From assembly GCA_019310975.1 (NCBI GenBank), contig JAFDDH010000002.1, positions 33,569 to 97,568 on the forward strand: a DNA stretch of 64,000 bases. Reading direction: 5' to 3'. Positions within the stretch are counted from its first letter, which is position 1. Each line of letters begins with the position of its first letter. This document shows positions 32,930-43,175 of this stretch, piece by piece. The stretch comes from Deltaproteobacteria bacterium. GTDB lineage: Bacteria > Myxococcota_A > UBA9160 > UBA4427. Below the pieces are notes generated by a model. That model saw only the letters and a list, made by a program, of their open reading frames with translations, made no database searches and was not told the DNA's origin. The translations under genes and the position numbers were made by a program.

Positions 32930-33889
32930 GTGAGCAACCAATTCCACCACCAACCCGTCCTCCTCACCGAAAGTATCGAGCAACTGGATCTATCGGCGGG
33001 CGATGTCGTTGTGGATGGAACGCTCGGGGGCGGCGGGCATGCTGCAGCAATCCTGGAGTGCATTGCGCCCGATGGCGTGCTGGTCGGCCTCGACGTCGAC
33101 GCCGAGGCTCTTGCGGCGGCCCATGAACGGCTCCAGCCCTTTGGTGAGCGAGCCCAGCTGGTGCATGCATCCTTTCGGCGCCTGGATCACGTGATTCGCT
33201 CGCTGGGTCTCGCCAGTGTCGATGCCGTGCTCCTCGACCTCGGCGTTTCGTCGCATCAGCTCGACGTCTCGGGGCGCGGCTTCCGCTTTGCCGAGATGAG
33301 CCGCGACGAAACGCCGCTGGACATGCGGATGGACACGACACGCGGAAGGACAGCGGCCGAGCTGCTCCGCCACGCGTCCGAAGAGGAGCTACAGGGCTTC
33401 TTCCAGCGATACGGCGAGCTGCCCGGCAGCAGGCGCCTCGCGCGGGCCATCGCGGCGGAGCGAGAGCGGGAGCCGTTGCGTACCGCTGCGGATCTGTTGC
33501 GCGTAATCGACTCGGCGCGCATCGGCCGCGGTCGACGTCACAACCCGGCGACCCTCGTTTTCCAGGCCCTGCGCATCGCGGTGAACGACGAGCTCGGCGC
33601 GCTCGAGGACGGCCTTGACGCGGCGGTCGAGGTATTGCGGCCCGGCGGGCGGCTGGTGGTCATCGCGTACCACTCGCTCGAGGACCGCATCGTCAAGCAC
33701 CGATTCCGAGCCGAGGCGAAGGGCTGCATCTGCCCACCCGCGCAGCCGGTCTGCACCTGCGGCCGGAAACCGCGACTGCGCGTCGACACGCGACGGCCGA
33801 TCCGGCCCAGTGAGGAAGAGGTCGGAGCCAACCCTCGCTCGCGGTCGGCGCTGCTGCGCGCTGCCGAGCGCATCGCGGAGGCGATCTGA
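32930..33889 (+). CDS. rsmH: 16S rRNA (cytosine1402-N4)-methyltransferase RsmH
   Basis: 319 aa with a GTG start. HQPVLLTE, DGTLGGGGH, LLDLGVSSHQLD, and LVVIAYHSLEDRIVK. Confidence 0.9.
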   Translation: MSNQFHHQPVLLTESIEQLDLSAGDVVVDGTLGGGGHAAAILECIAPDGVLVGLDVDAEALAAAHERLQPFGERAQLVHASFRRLDHVIRSLGLASVDAVLLDLGVSSHQLDVSGRGFRFAEMSRDETPLDMRMDTTRGRTAAELLRHASEEELQGFFQRYGELPGSRRLARAIAAEREREPLRTAADLLRVIDSARIGRGRRHNPATLVFQALRIAVNDELGALEDGLDAAVEVLRPGGRLVVIAYHSLEDRIVKHRFRAEAKGCICPPAQPVCTCGRKPRLRVDTRRPIRPSEEEVGANPRSRSALLRAAERIAEAI

Positions 33890-34407
33890 TGGCACGGCGT
33901 TCGCAGCCGCGCCTACGCGGCCGAATGGCACACCTGCTCGGTCTGGCCGAGGAATCCCCGAAGCGTCGCGGCCGGGGCCGCGGCAAGGCAGGGCGGAAGA
34001 GCCAGCGAAATCAACCAAGCGGTCTCAGCCTCGGCATCATCGGCATCGACGTCGGTCACACCCGCGTACGGCTCTCGGTGCAGCGGCTGCTGCTCGTGCT
34101 GGCCCTGACACTGCTGGTGGCACTCGGCGTTGCCTCATTGCGCATCGAGATGATCCGCCTCCGCTATGCGCTCGCCGAAACCAGCCTGGAGGAGGAGCGC
34201 CTGCTCGAGGAGCAGCGCAGTCTTACCGCCGAAAAGCTGCGCCTCCGCGATCCCGTCCACCTTGCCGGCCGTGCGCGCGAGCTGGGCTTCGTGCGGCCGG
34301 AGCGCCTGATCGACCTGCCCGCTGTGGCGCTGGGCCCGGACCAACGAGCTAGGACTGTGCTCGCATCGGTCGGTGCCGAGACACCGGCTTCGCTGGGCCG
34401 ACCATGA
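33889..34407 (+). CDS. ftsL: Cell division protein FtsL (with a long basic N-terminal tail)
   Basis: 172 aa. Called by position between rsmH and ftsI. It has a single TM helix (LLLVLALTLLVALGVASL) followed by a coiled coil (EEERLLEEQRSLTAEKLRL) and RELGFVRPE. The start overlaps the rsmH stop (TGATG). Confidence 0.7.
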   Translation: MARRSQPRLRGRMAHLLGLAEESPKRRGRGRGKAGRKSQRNQPSGLSLGIIGIDVGHTRVRLSVQRLLLVLALTLLVALGVASLRIEMIRLRYALAETSLEEERLLEEQRSLTAEKLRLRDPVHLAGRARELGFVRPERLIDLPAVALGPDQRARTVLASVGAETPASLGRP

Positions 34408-36554
34408 GATCGCAGGCGCTCCGCTCGGCGGCCGTCCGCGCGCGTGCGCTACGCCTCGTATTCATTCTCGCCTTCATGGTGCTGGCGAGCCGAGCGGGCT
34501 ATCTCGCCGTTGGCCAGCCACGCGCCGCCGATCGGGGTGGCAAGCAAACCGAAACCGAGATCACACTTCGCGGCGCGCGCGGCCTGATCCTCGATCGCAG
34601 CGGGCGCGAGCTCGCGATCAGCGTCGACGCGCCCTCCGTCTTCGTCTTTCCACGATTGCTCGAGAATCGTCAGCGCGCTATAGCGGACCTCGCACGCGCA
34701 CTGGGCGTATCGCGGCGCGAGTTGGAAGAGCGCATCGGATCGCGCACGCGCTTCACCTACCTGGCGCGCTGGCTCGAGGACGATCGTGCGCAGGCCGTCG
34801 AAGCGCTCGGGCTGCCCGGCGTCGGCGTCGAGCGCGAGGCACGCCGCACCTACCCGGCCGGCGGGATGGCGGCCCAGCTCGTGGGCTTCGCGGACATCGA
34901 CGGCAAGGGCGTGCGTGGCATCGAGCAGATGTACGACGAGTGGCTGCGTGGATCGGTGCGCAAGCTGCCGCTGAAACGGGATGCCCGCGGCGTCCTGCTC
35001 TCGAGCCACGCCTTCGATTCACGCGAGAACGCGGGCGGCGATATCATGCTCAGCCTGCACGCAGGCCTACAGGCGCAGGCCGAGGCCGCGCTGGCCGAGG
35101 CCGTGACCTCCACGAAGGCCAAGGGCGGCGTGGTGATCGCAGTGGATCCTCGCAACGGCGACATCCTCTCTCTGGCCGAGGCCCCCGGCTTCGACCCGAA
35201 CGACTTCCGCCACACCCCCTACGCGCAGACGCGCAGCCGCGCATTCATGGATGCGCTTGAGCCCGGCTCGACGATGAAGGCCTTCCTGGTGGCCGCCGCA
35301 CTCGAGAACGGCGTCATTTCCGTAACCACTGCCTTCGACACGGGCGAGGGCTGGATTCGTGTGCCCGGCAGGACGATCCGCGATCACCACCCCTACGGCG
35401 TGATCAATGCGGCCGGCGTATTGCGCTACTCAAGCAACATCGGCGCCGTGCTCATCGCCGGCGAGCTCGGACCCGAGCGCCACCATGCGGCTCTAGGCGG
35501 CTTCGGCTTCGGCCACGCGACACGCAGCGGCTTCCCGACCGAGTCGGCCGGACTATTGCGAGACTGGCCGGACTGGAAGGGTATCGACCACGCCACCGTC
35601 GCATTCGGTCAGGGCATGAACGTCACGCCGATTCAGCTCGCGATGGCGACGGCGGCGCTGGCAAACGGTGGACTGCGCATGCAGCCCAGGCTCGTCCTGG
35701 CGCGACGCCGCCCGATGAGCGGGTGGGAGGATGTCAAGCCCGTCGGGGTCGGTCAGGCCGTCAGTCCTGCCGTGGCGGCGCACACACTCTCCATGCTCGA
35801 GACCGTCGTCAGCGGCGAGGGCACCGGCCGTCGGGCCGCCCTGGCCGGAGTCCGCGTTGCGGGTAAGACCGGCACCGCGCAGATATTCGACACCGAGACC
35901 GGGCACTACTCGCAGACTCGCTACACCGCCTGGTTCCTCGGAATCGCGCCGGCCGACGATCCGCGCATCGCAATCGTGGTCGCCCTGCACGAGCCGCAGG
36001 GCCCGAGCCACACGGGCGGGGGCACGGCGGCACCTCTCTTCGCTCGCGTCGCCGCCGATCAGCTCGCCCGCCATGGAATCACGACAGAACCGGAACCGAT
36101 CGCGGCCAATCCCAATCCAAGATGGAAGGTGGCCATGAAAGAGAGAGAGGAGCAGAGAAGGAGCATCGCCGCGGGGCCCTCTGCGCCGGGAGCAGCCGAG
36201 GCCGCCCGCGCGCTCACCATCGCTTCTGGACCGACTCCGGAATCGCGGGCACCCGCCGCCGATCGCATCCCCGTTCCCTCGCCGGCGGCGGGCGCCCGCA
36301 AAGCCATCCCACACGTCTCGACCTCGCCTCCCGCGACGATCGAAGCCGGGCGGGGCAGCGTCTTCGTGCCCGACTTCCATGGCGAAAGCCTCACTTCGGC
36401 CAAGGAAATCGCGGCCGGTGCGTCACTGGAGCTGCAGGTCAGCGGCCTGGCGAGGGGCCGAGTGGTCCGCCAAAGCCCGATCGCCGGTACCATCGTCGAT
36501 GGAAAGCAGCGCACTGTGGTCCTCCGTTTCTCGACCGAGCGAGAGGAGGGATAG
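34404..36554 (+). CDS. ftsI: Penicillin-binding protein 3 (FtsI) with a C-terminal PASTA domain
   Basis: 716 aa. Transpeptidase motifs: PGSTMK (SxxK), SSN, and KTGT. The C-terminal ~60 aa read VFVPDFHGESLTSAKEIAAGASLELQVSGLARGRVVRQSPIAGTIVDGKQRTVVLRFS, a PASTA pattern. Confidence 0.9.
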   Translation: MRSQALRSAAVRARALRLVFILAFMVLASRAGYLAVGQPRAADRGGKQTETEITLRGARGLILDRSGRELAISVDAPSVFVFPRLLENRQRAIADLARALGVSRRELEERIGSRTRFTYLARWLEDDRAQAVEALGLPGVGVEREARRTYPAGGMAAQLVGFADIDGKGVRGIEQMYDEWLRGSVRKLPLKRDARGVLLSSHAFDSRENAGGDIMLSLHAGLQAQAEAALAEAVTSTKAKGGVVIAVDPRNGDILSLAEAPGFDPNDFRHTPYAQTRSRAFMDALEPGSTMKAFLVAAALENGVISVTTAFDTGEGWIRVPGRTIRDHHPYGVINAAGVLRYSSNIGAVLIAGELGPERHHAALGGFGFGHATRSGFPTESAGLLRDWPDWKGIDHATVAFGQGMNVTPIQLAMATAALANGGLRMQPRLVLARRRPMSGWEDVKPVGVGQAVSPAVAAHTLSMLETVVSGEGTGRRAALAGVRVAGKTGTAQIFDTETGHYSQTRYTAWFLGIAPADDPRIAIVVALHEPQGPSHTGGGTAAPLFARVAADQLARHGITTEPEPIAANPNPRWKVAMKEREEQRRSIAAGPSAPGAAEAARALTIASGPTPESRAPAADRIPVPSPAAGARKAIPHVSTSPPATIEAGRGSVFVPDFHGESLTSAKEIAAGASLELQVSGLARGRVVRQSPIAGTIVDGKQRTVVLRFSTEREEG

Positions 36555-38120
36555 ATGCGCCTCTCTTCACTCCTCGCAGCCCTGCCGAAGCACCTCGCCC
36601 CGACCGCCTGGGTGCGCGAGGATGCCAGCATCGACCCGGTGATCCGGGGCATTTCGTACGACTCTCGGAGGGTCGCGCCCGGCGACCTCTTCGTCGCCCT
36701 CTCGGGCAGCGTGAGCGATGGACACGACTACGTGGCGCGCGCCATCGAGCTCGGCGCTGTGGCCGTCATGCTCGAACACGCGGTCGACACTCACGTCCTG
36801 GCCGGCCGGCCGGCGGTCGTCGTGCCGAAGAGCCGGCGCGCGCTCGCGCCCATCTCGATTCGTTTCTTCGGGGAGCCCTCGAGCAAGCTGCGCCTCATCG
36901 GCATTACGGGCACGAACGGCAAGACGAGCACCACCTACCTCGTCGAATCGATCCTCTCGTCGGCGAATGTGCGCACCGGCCTGATCGGCACCGTGGAGAT
37001 ACGCTACGCGAGCGAGCGCATCCCCGCGGTCAACACGACGCCGGAAAGCCTCGATCTGCAGCGTACCCTGCGCTCGATGTGCACACAGAACATCGAGGCG
37101 GTGGTAATGGAGGTGTCGTCCCACGGCCTCGAGCTCGGCCGCGTGAGCGGCTGCCGCTTTCGCGTCGGTGCCTTCACGAACCTCACGCAGGATCACCTGG
37201 ACTTTCACGGCGACATGGAATCGTACCTCGGCTCCAAGGCCCTGCTTTTCCGCGAATGCATGGTGCCCGGAGGCCACGCGGTCGTAAACGTGGATGACCC
37301 GGCGGCGGACAAGATCATCGCGGCGGCCGAGGAAGGCCGCTGCGAGGTGATCCGGTGCTCACGCGACGCCGACACCCCGGCCGACGTGAAGCTCGTGGAC
37401 GCGGTCATCTCACTCTCGGGTACGCGCGCGTCGCTCGAGCTGCCCACGGGTCGGATCGAGCTGGATGTACCGCTGCTCGGCGACTTCAATCTCGAGAACC
37501 TGGTGGTGGCGTGCGCATCCGCGTACGCGCTGGGCGTTGGGCCCGAAGCCATCGCAGCGGGCGTCGCGGCCTGCCGGCAGGTGCCCGGCCGCATGGAGGT
37601 GGTGCGCGGCGCTGGCTCAGGCGCCCCCACTGTGATCGTCGACTACGCGCACACACCCGACGCCGTCGACAAGCTGCTGCGCGCCGTGCGCCAGCTATCC
37701 GAGGCCCGACTGATCGCTGTCTTCGGCTGTGGGGGCGACCGCGATCGGAGCAAGCGTCCTCTCATGGCTGAGGCAATTGCGCGCCACAGCGACATCGCAA
37801 TCGCGACCAGCGACAACCCACGCACCGAGGACCCGGATCGAATCCTCGCAGACGTCGAGGAGGGCCTGAAGAACATGCGGCGCACCACACCCGACGCGCT
37901 CGGCGCGGGGAAGGGCTCTTATACGGTGATGCGCGATCGGCGCGAAGCGATCCGTACGGCCATCGCTCTGGCGCGTCCCGGCGACAGCGTCGTGATTGCC
38001 GGCAAGGGGCACGAGGACTACCAGATCATCGGCCGCGACAAGCTGCCCTTCGATGACCGTATAGAGGCGCGCAAGGCGTTGGCTGAGCGGCAAGCCCCCG
38101 TGCAGGGGAGTGAGACATGA
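36555..38120 (+). CDS. murE: UDP-N-acetylmuramoyl-L-alanyl-D-glutamate--2,6-diaminopimelate ligase
   Basis: 521 aa. ITGTNGKTST, and the DNPR motif (TSDNPRTEDP) that indicates meso-DAP specificity. Confidence 0.95.
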   Translation: MRLSSLLAALPKHLAPTAWVREDASIDPVIRGISYDSRRVAPGDLFVALSGSVSDGHDYVARAIELGAVAVMLEHAVDTHVLAGRPAVVVPKSRRALAPISIRFFGEPSSKLRLIGITGTNGKTSTTYLVESILSSANVRTGLIGTVEIRYASERIPAVNTTPESLDLQRTLRSMCTQNIEAVVMEVSSHGLELGRVSGCRFRVGAFTNLTQDHLDFHGDMESYLGSKALLFRECMVPGGHAVVNVDDPAADKIIAAAEEGRCEVIRCSRDADTPADVKLVDAVISLSGTRASLELPTGRIELDVPLLGDFNLENLVVACASAYALGVGPEAIAAGVAACRQVPGRMEVVRGAGSGAPTVIVDYAHTPDAVDKLLRAVRQLSEARLIAVFGCGGDRDRSKRPLMAEAIARHSDIAIATSDNPRTEDPDRILADVEEGLKNMRRTTPDALGAGKGSYTVMRDRREAIRTAIALARPGDSVVIAGKGHEDYQIIGRDKLPFDDRIEARKALAERQAPVQGSET

Positions 38121-39520
38121 CCGTCCCCTTCACGCTGAAGGACGTCGTGACGTGGACGGGCGGCCAGGCCCTCGGCAGGGCACCGGCCGGCGCATTCACC
38201 GGCGCCGGAATCGACACCCGCACCATCCAGGCCGGCGATCTCTTCGTCGCCATCCGCGGCGAGCATCACGATGCCCACGGCTTCCTCGACCAGGCTGTCG
38301 CGGCGGGTGCGACGGGCCTCGTCGTGGCGCGCGACTGGCTGCGTGCCAATCCGCGAAGCCAGGACGTCCCGATGGTCGCGGTCGAGGACACCACCCTGGC
38401 CCTCGGTTCGCTGGCGGCCGGTCATCGCGCCCAGTTCGCCGGGCCGGTGGTCGCGGTCACGGGTAGCAATGGCAAGACGACCACAAAGGAAATGATCCAC
38501 TCGATCCTGGTGGTGCGCGCACCTTGCCTCAAGAATCACGGAAATCTCAACAACGAATTCGGCCTGCCGCTTACCTTGCTCTCCCGCGAGCGCGAGCACC
38601 AGGCCGCGGTGGTCGAGCTCGGTATGAACCACCGTGGTGAGATCGCTCGACTCACGGCGATCGCGCAGCCCGACGTCGGCGTCATCACCAATGTCGGCAC
38701 GGCGCATATCGAGCACCTGGGCAGCCGCGAGAATATCGCCCTCGAAAAGGGCGATCTCACGGCCGGGCTCTCGGCCGAGGGCGTCGCCGTGCTCAATCAC
38801 GACGACCCGCTGGTCAGACAACAGTCGGAGCGCACCCCGGCGCGTGTGATGACATACGGTCGCGAATCCGCCGCCGACGTCTTTGCCCGGGGTGTGCGCT
38901 TCGAAGAGGGCGGGTTCTATGCCTTCGAGCTGATCACGCCGGAGGCCAGCATCGCGGTGCGCGCCGCAGGGCTGGCGGAGACCACCGTCATCAATGCGCT
39001 GGCGGCGTCGGCCGCGGCGCTGGCGACGGGTCTCGAACTCGACGAGGTCGCCTGCGGCCTCGCGGCCTTCGGCGGCGTCTCCGGCCGTATGGCCTGTACG
39101 CAGCTCGCCAGCGGCGCCCGCATCATCGACGACACCTACAACGCCAATCCTCAATCGATGCGAAATGCCCTGGAGAGCTTGGCGCGCCTCAAGGGCAAGG
39201 GCCGCGGCATCGCGGTGCTGGGCGATATGGGCGAGCTCGGGGAAGCCGCGAGCGAGGCACACCTCGCGACGGGAAGGCTGGCTGCGGAGCTCGGTACAGA
39301 CTTTCTCTTTGCCCTTGGCGAGCGAGCGAAGGGCTTCGCGGCCGGCGCGAGCGAGGCCGGCATGGACGGCGAAAACATCGTGGTCGGTGACAGTCATGAG
39401 GCAGTAGGACGGCACATCATGGAGATGCTCGAGTCCGAGGACTGGGTCCTGGTGAAGGGTTCGCGGGCCATGAAGATGGAGCAGGTGATCGACATGCTCA
39501 TCGGCAAGGAGAACGATTGA
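38117..39520 (+). CDS. murF: UDP-N-acetylmuramoyl-tripeptide--D-alanyl-D-alanine ligase
   Basis: 467 aa. [21 protein letters not shown], and its position in the dcw order. ATGA overlap with murE. Confidence 0.9.
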   Translation: MTVPFTLKDVVTWTGGQALGRAPAGAFTGAGIDTRTIQAGDLFVAIRGEHHDAHGFLDQAVAAGATGLVVARDWLRANPRSQDVPMVAVEDTTLALGSLAAGHRAQFAGPVVAVTGSNGKTTTKEMIHSILVVRAPCLKNHGNLNNEFGLPLTLLSREREHQAAVVELGMNHRGEIARLTAIAQPDVGVITNVGTAHIEHLGSRENIALEKGDLTAGLSAEGVAVLNHDDPLVRQQSERTPARVMTYGRESAADVFARGVRFEEGGFYAFELITPEASIAVRAAGLAETTVINALAASAAALATGLELDEVACGLAAFGGVSGRMACTQLASGARIIDDTYNANPQSMRNALESLARLKGKGRGIAVLGDMGELGEAASEAHLATGRLAAELGTDFLFALGERAKGFAAGASEAGMDGENIVVGDSHEAVGRHIMEMLESEDWVLVKGSRAMKMEQVIDMLIGKEND

Positions 39521-40593
39521 TGCTCTATCACCTTCTCTATCCTTTGGCCGAACAATTCGGCGGATTCAACGTCGTCCGCTACATCACATTCCGCACGGCA
39601 GCAGCCACTCTCACCGCCCTCTTCATCTCCTTCATGGTCGGCCCCTGGCTGATCCGCAAGCTCGCTGCCCTGCGCGTCGGGCAGCCGATCCGCGAGGACG
39701 GCCCCGACCACCAGGCCAAGGCCGGCACACCCACCATGGGCGGCCTGCTGATCCTGATGGCGCTCTGTGTATCGGTGCTGCTCTGGGCCGACCTGACGAA
39801 CCACTTCGTGTGGATTCTGCTGGGCTTGACCGTGGGATACGGCATCCTCGGATTCATCGACGACTACAAGAAGGTGACCCAGAACGACAGCACTGGGATC
39901 TCGGCGCGGGTCAAGCTCTTCTGGCAGACGCTGCTAGCGCTCGGGGTGGCCGTCGCCATCTACACGAGCCCGGCCTTCGATCAGGAATTGGCCTTCCCCT
40001 TCTTCAAGAACTTCACACCCAATATCGGCTGGCTCTACATCCCCCTGGCGACGTTCATCATCGTGGCCTTCAGCAATGGTGTGAACCTGACGGATGGACT
40101 CGATGGGCTGGCGATCGGCCCGGTGATGATTGCGGCAGCCACGTTCATCCTGCTCTCCTACGCGGCGGGGCATGTCAATATCGCCGATTACCTCGCAATC
40201 AAATACGTGCCGGGTGCGGGCCAGCTGGCGATCTTCTGCGGCGCGTTGGTGGGTGGCGGACTCGGCTTCCTCTGGTTCAACGCATCACCCGCGGATCTCT
40301 TCATGGGCGACGTCGGTGCGCTCGCCCTCGGCGGCGCGCTGGGCACGATCTCGGTGCTGATCCGCCAGGAGATCCTGCTCGCCGTCGTCGGTGGCATCTT
40401 CGTCGTCGAGGCCGCCTCGGTGGTCATCCAGGTGGCCTCGTTCAAGCTCACGGGCAAGCGCGTCTTCCTGATGGCGCCAGTCCACCACCACTTCGAGAAG
40501 CTCGGCTGGGCGGAGCAGAAGATCGTGGTTCGCTTCTGGATCGTCTCGATCATCCTCGCGCTCGTCGCACTCTCGTCGCTGAAGCTGCGCTGA
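39517..40593 (+). CDS. mraY: Phospho-N-acetylmuramoyl-pentapeptide transferase
   Basis: 358 aa. [22 protein letters not shown], and PVHHHFE. Confidence 0.95.
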   Translation: MMLYHLLYPLAEQFGGFNVVRYITFRTAAATLTALFISFMVGPWLIRKLAALRVGQPIREDGPDHQAKAGTPTMGGLLILMALCVSVLLWADLTNHFVWILLGLTVGYGILGFIDDYKKVTQNDSTGISARVKLFWQTLLALGVAVAIYTSPAFDQELAFPFFKNFTPNIGWLYIPLATFIIVAFSNGVNLTDGLDGLAIGPVMIAAATFILLSYAAGHVNIADYLAIKYVPGAGQLAIFCGALVGGGLGFLWFNASPADLFMGDVGALALGGALGTISVLIRQEILLAVVGGIFVVEAASVVIQVASFKLTGKRVFLMAPVHHHFEKLGWAEQKIVVRFWIVSIILALVALSSLKLR

Positions 40594-40602
40594 AGGGAAG
40601 GT

Positions 40603-41958
40603 ATGGATCTCTCGGGTAAAAGCGTGCTCGTCCTCGGCCTCGGCATTTCGGGGCGGAGCTCGGCACGGTTTTGCGCAGCTCGCGGCGCGCGAGTGGTGGC
40701 GGCGGACGAACGTCCGCTGGCTGAGCTGGCCGAGCCCGGCGATCTGACCGCGCTCGCGCGCGAGGTCGAGGTGCGAGCGGGCCAGGCCTTCCCCGATCCC
40801 GCCCTCTTCGACGTGCTGGTGCCGAGCCCCGGGATCCCACCGGAGCGCTACGCAGGAAGGGCGCGCACAGTGTGGGGTGACATCGAGCTCACGGGCCGCT
40901 GCCTCCAGGTGCCGGTGATCGCGGTGACGGGCACCAACGGCAAGAGCACGACGGTGATGTTGATCGAGGCCATGCTCCTTGCGGCCGGGCTGCGCGCAAA
41001 GGCGGCCGGCAACGTCGGCACGCCGGCGCTCTCGCTCGTGGGTGAGCCCCTGGATGTCGCGGTGCTGGAGGTTTCGTCATTCCAGCTCGAGAGCACGGAT
41101 GCCTTCCAGCCGCGCATTGCCGTGGTGCTGAACATCTCGCCCGATCACCTCGATCGACACGGCCACCTCGACGACTACGCGGCGGTCAAGCGCCGGCTCG
41201 TGGAGCGACAACGTGCAGGCGACGCCGCGGTGCTCTGCTTCGACGATCCGCGAGTGCGCGACTTCGCATCGGCGGCTGGCGGCGAGGTCGTGCCGATGAG
41301 CACCCGAAAGCCCCTGGTCGACAGCGGCACCAAGCGCGCGGCCTGGCTGGATGCGGGCGCCGCCGTTCTGCGGGACGGCACACAATCGCTCAGGCTCTCA
41401 TTGGACTCGCTGCGGCTCCCGGGACGGCACAACCTCGAGAACGTACTCGCAGCACTCACGGCGGTCTGGCTGCTGGGGGTGGACCCCGAGCGCGCCCTCG
41501 ACGCGCTCACGGACTTTCGCGACCTGCCCCACCGCTCCGAACGCGTGGCCGAGATCGCCGGCGTGCGCTTCGTCAACGATTCGAAGGCCACGAATCCCGG
41601 CGCTGCGCTGCGCGCCATCGAGAGCGCGGCGGGACCGGTGATCTGGATCGCCGGCGGTCGCGACAAGGGGCTCTCGTACGAAGCGCTGGCCGAGATGGCG
41701 AGCACGCGAGTGCGCCATGCGCTTCTCATCGGCGAGGCGGCACCGCTGATCGAGCAGGCCCTGCACGGACGTGTGCCCTGCGAGCAGCTCGAGAGTCTCG
41801 ACGCTGCCGTCGAGACCGCAGCTCTGCGCGCGCAGCCCGGCGACGTCGTCCTGCTCGCGCCAGCCTGCGCAAGCTTCGATCAATTCCAGAACTTCGAGGC
41901 GCGCGGTGAATGCTTCCGCGATGCGGTTGCGCGACTCGACGTCGGGGCGTCGGCATGA
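40603..41958 (+). CDS. murD: UDP-N-acetylmuramoylalanine--D-glutamate ligase
   Basis: 451 aa. VLGLGISGRS, VTGTNGKSTT, and NDSKATN. Confidence 0.9.
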   Translation: MDLSGKSVLVLGLGISGRSSARFCAARGARVVAADERPLAELAEPGDLTALAREVEVRAGQAFPDPALFDVLVPSPGIPPERYAGRARTVWGDIELTGRCLQVPVIAVTGTNGKSTTVMLIEAMLLAAGLRAKAAGNVGTPALSLVGEPLDVAVLEVSSFQLESTDAFQPRIAVVLNISPDHLDRHGHLDDYAAVKRRLVERQRAGDAAVLCFDDPRVRDFASAAGGEVVPMSTRKPLVDSGTKRAAWLDAGAAVLRDGTQSLRLSLDSLRLPGRHNLENVLAALTAVWLLGVDPERALDALTDFRDLPHRSERVAEIAGVRFVNDSKATNPGAALRAIESAAGPVIWIAGGRDKGLSYEALAEMASTRVRHALLIGEAAPLIEQALHGRVPCEQLESLDAAVETAALRAQPGDVVLLAPACASFDQFQNFEARGECFRDAVARLDVGASA

Positions 41959-43175
41959 GCGCAAGCCGCAAGGCAGCTGCCCGACGCGGGCGCAGCACGC
42001 GCAGGAAGCGCGATACGCGAAATGGGCGTCCCGAGCGGCGTGACACGAGAGCGGTCGCGGGCTCGGACTGGCCGCCGGGCCTCGACGGCGGCGTGGCCTT
42101 CGCAGCGCTCCTGCTCTGCTCCTTCGGCGTCGTGATGAGCTATAGCAGTACCGCGACCCTGGCCCTCGACCAGCGCATCCCACCGCTCTTCTTGCACCAC
42201 GTGGGTGCGCTGGTGATGGGGCTCGCCGCTGGCGCGATCGCTTGGTCGATGCCCACGACCGCGTTGCGACAGCTCGCGCTTCCCTTCTGGACGCTCTCCA
42301 CCGCGCTCCTCTTCGCCACTCAGCTATTCGGCGTGGAGGTGAACGGTGCGACGCGTTGGCTGGCCGTGCCCGGTATCGACCTGCGTTTCCAGCCCGCCGA
42401 GCTCGCGAAGCTCGCGACCGCACTGGCCGTCGCAGCGGTCGTGGCGCGCCGCGATGGGCATGCGGAGCTCTCTGCCCGGCGCGCTCTCGTTGCTGGCGCG
42501 CTGGCGCTTCCGCCCATCGCGCTGCTGGTACGACAGCCCGATCTCGGCAACGCCGTGTTGCTGGCCTGTCTGGTCGCCCTACTCCTCTTCGTAGCCGGCA
42601 CGAAGCTCGCGCGGCTGGTCGCGCCGGGAGTGATCGCCTTCCTCGGCGTCGCTTACTACATATCGAACCACGAGTACGCGTGGCGACGCCTCGTTGGCTT
42701 TCTCGATCCCTGGGCGACCTCCTCCGATGAGGGCTTCCAGCTCGTGCAGTCCTTCGTGGCCTTCGGCCGCGGCGGGCTCTTCGGCGTGGGGCTCGGCAGC
42801 GGCCAGCAGAAGCTCGCGTATCTGCCCGAGGCGCACACCGACTTCATCCTGGCGCTGGTGGCCGAGGAGCTCGGGCTGATCGGCGTGCTGGCCGTGCTCG
42901 GCGGCTTCGCGGCACTGCTCGTGGCCGGGACCCGCATTGCGACGCGCGCCAACGACCGCTTTGCGCTTCTGGTGGGCTTCGGCATGACGACGCTGCTCAC
43001 CGTGCCCGCAGTGGTGAATGCCTCGGTGGTGATGGGGCTCCTGCCTACCAAGGGCCTCACGCTGCCCTTCCTCTCCTACGGACGGACGTCGCTGGTCGTG
43101 TCGTGCATCGCACTGGGCATCCTGCTCGGTGTGGCGCGCGGCAACTCCGAGGCGGGGGTGCCGCGATGGCGCTGA
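41955..43175 (+). CDS. ftsW: Peptidoglycan glycosyltransferase FtsW (SEDS family)
   Basis: In ORF 41910..43175. The ATG at 41955 overlaps the murD stop (ATGA). SEDS motifs QPAELAKLA, LPEAHTDFI, and GLLPTKGLTLPFLSYG. Confidence 0.9.
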   Translation: MSASRKAAARRGRSTRRKRDTRNGRPERRDTRAVAGSDWPPGLDGGVAFAALLLCSFGVVMSYSSTATLALDQRIPPLFLHHVGALVMGLAAGAIAWSMPTTALRQLALPFWTLSTALLFATQLFGVEVNGATRWLAVPGIDLRFQPAELAKLATALAVAAVVARRDGHAELSARRALVAGALALPPIALLVRQPDLGNAVLLACLVALLLFVAGTKLARLVAPGVIAFLGVAYYISNHEYAWRRLVGFLDPWATSSDEGFQLVQSFVAFGRGGLFGVGLGSGQQKLAYLPEAHTDFILALVAEELGLIGVLAVLGGFAALLVAGTRIATRANDRFALLVGFGMTTLLTVPAVVNASVVMGLLPTKGLTLPFLSYGRTSLVVSCIALGILLGVARGNSEAGVPRWR

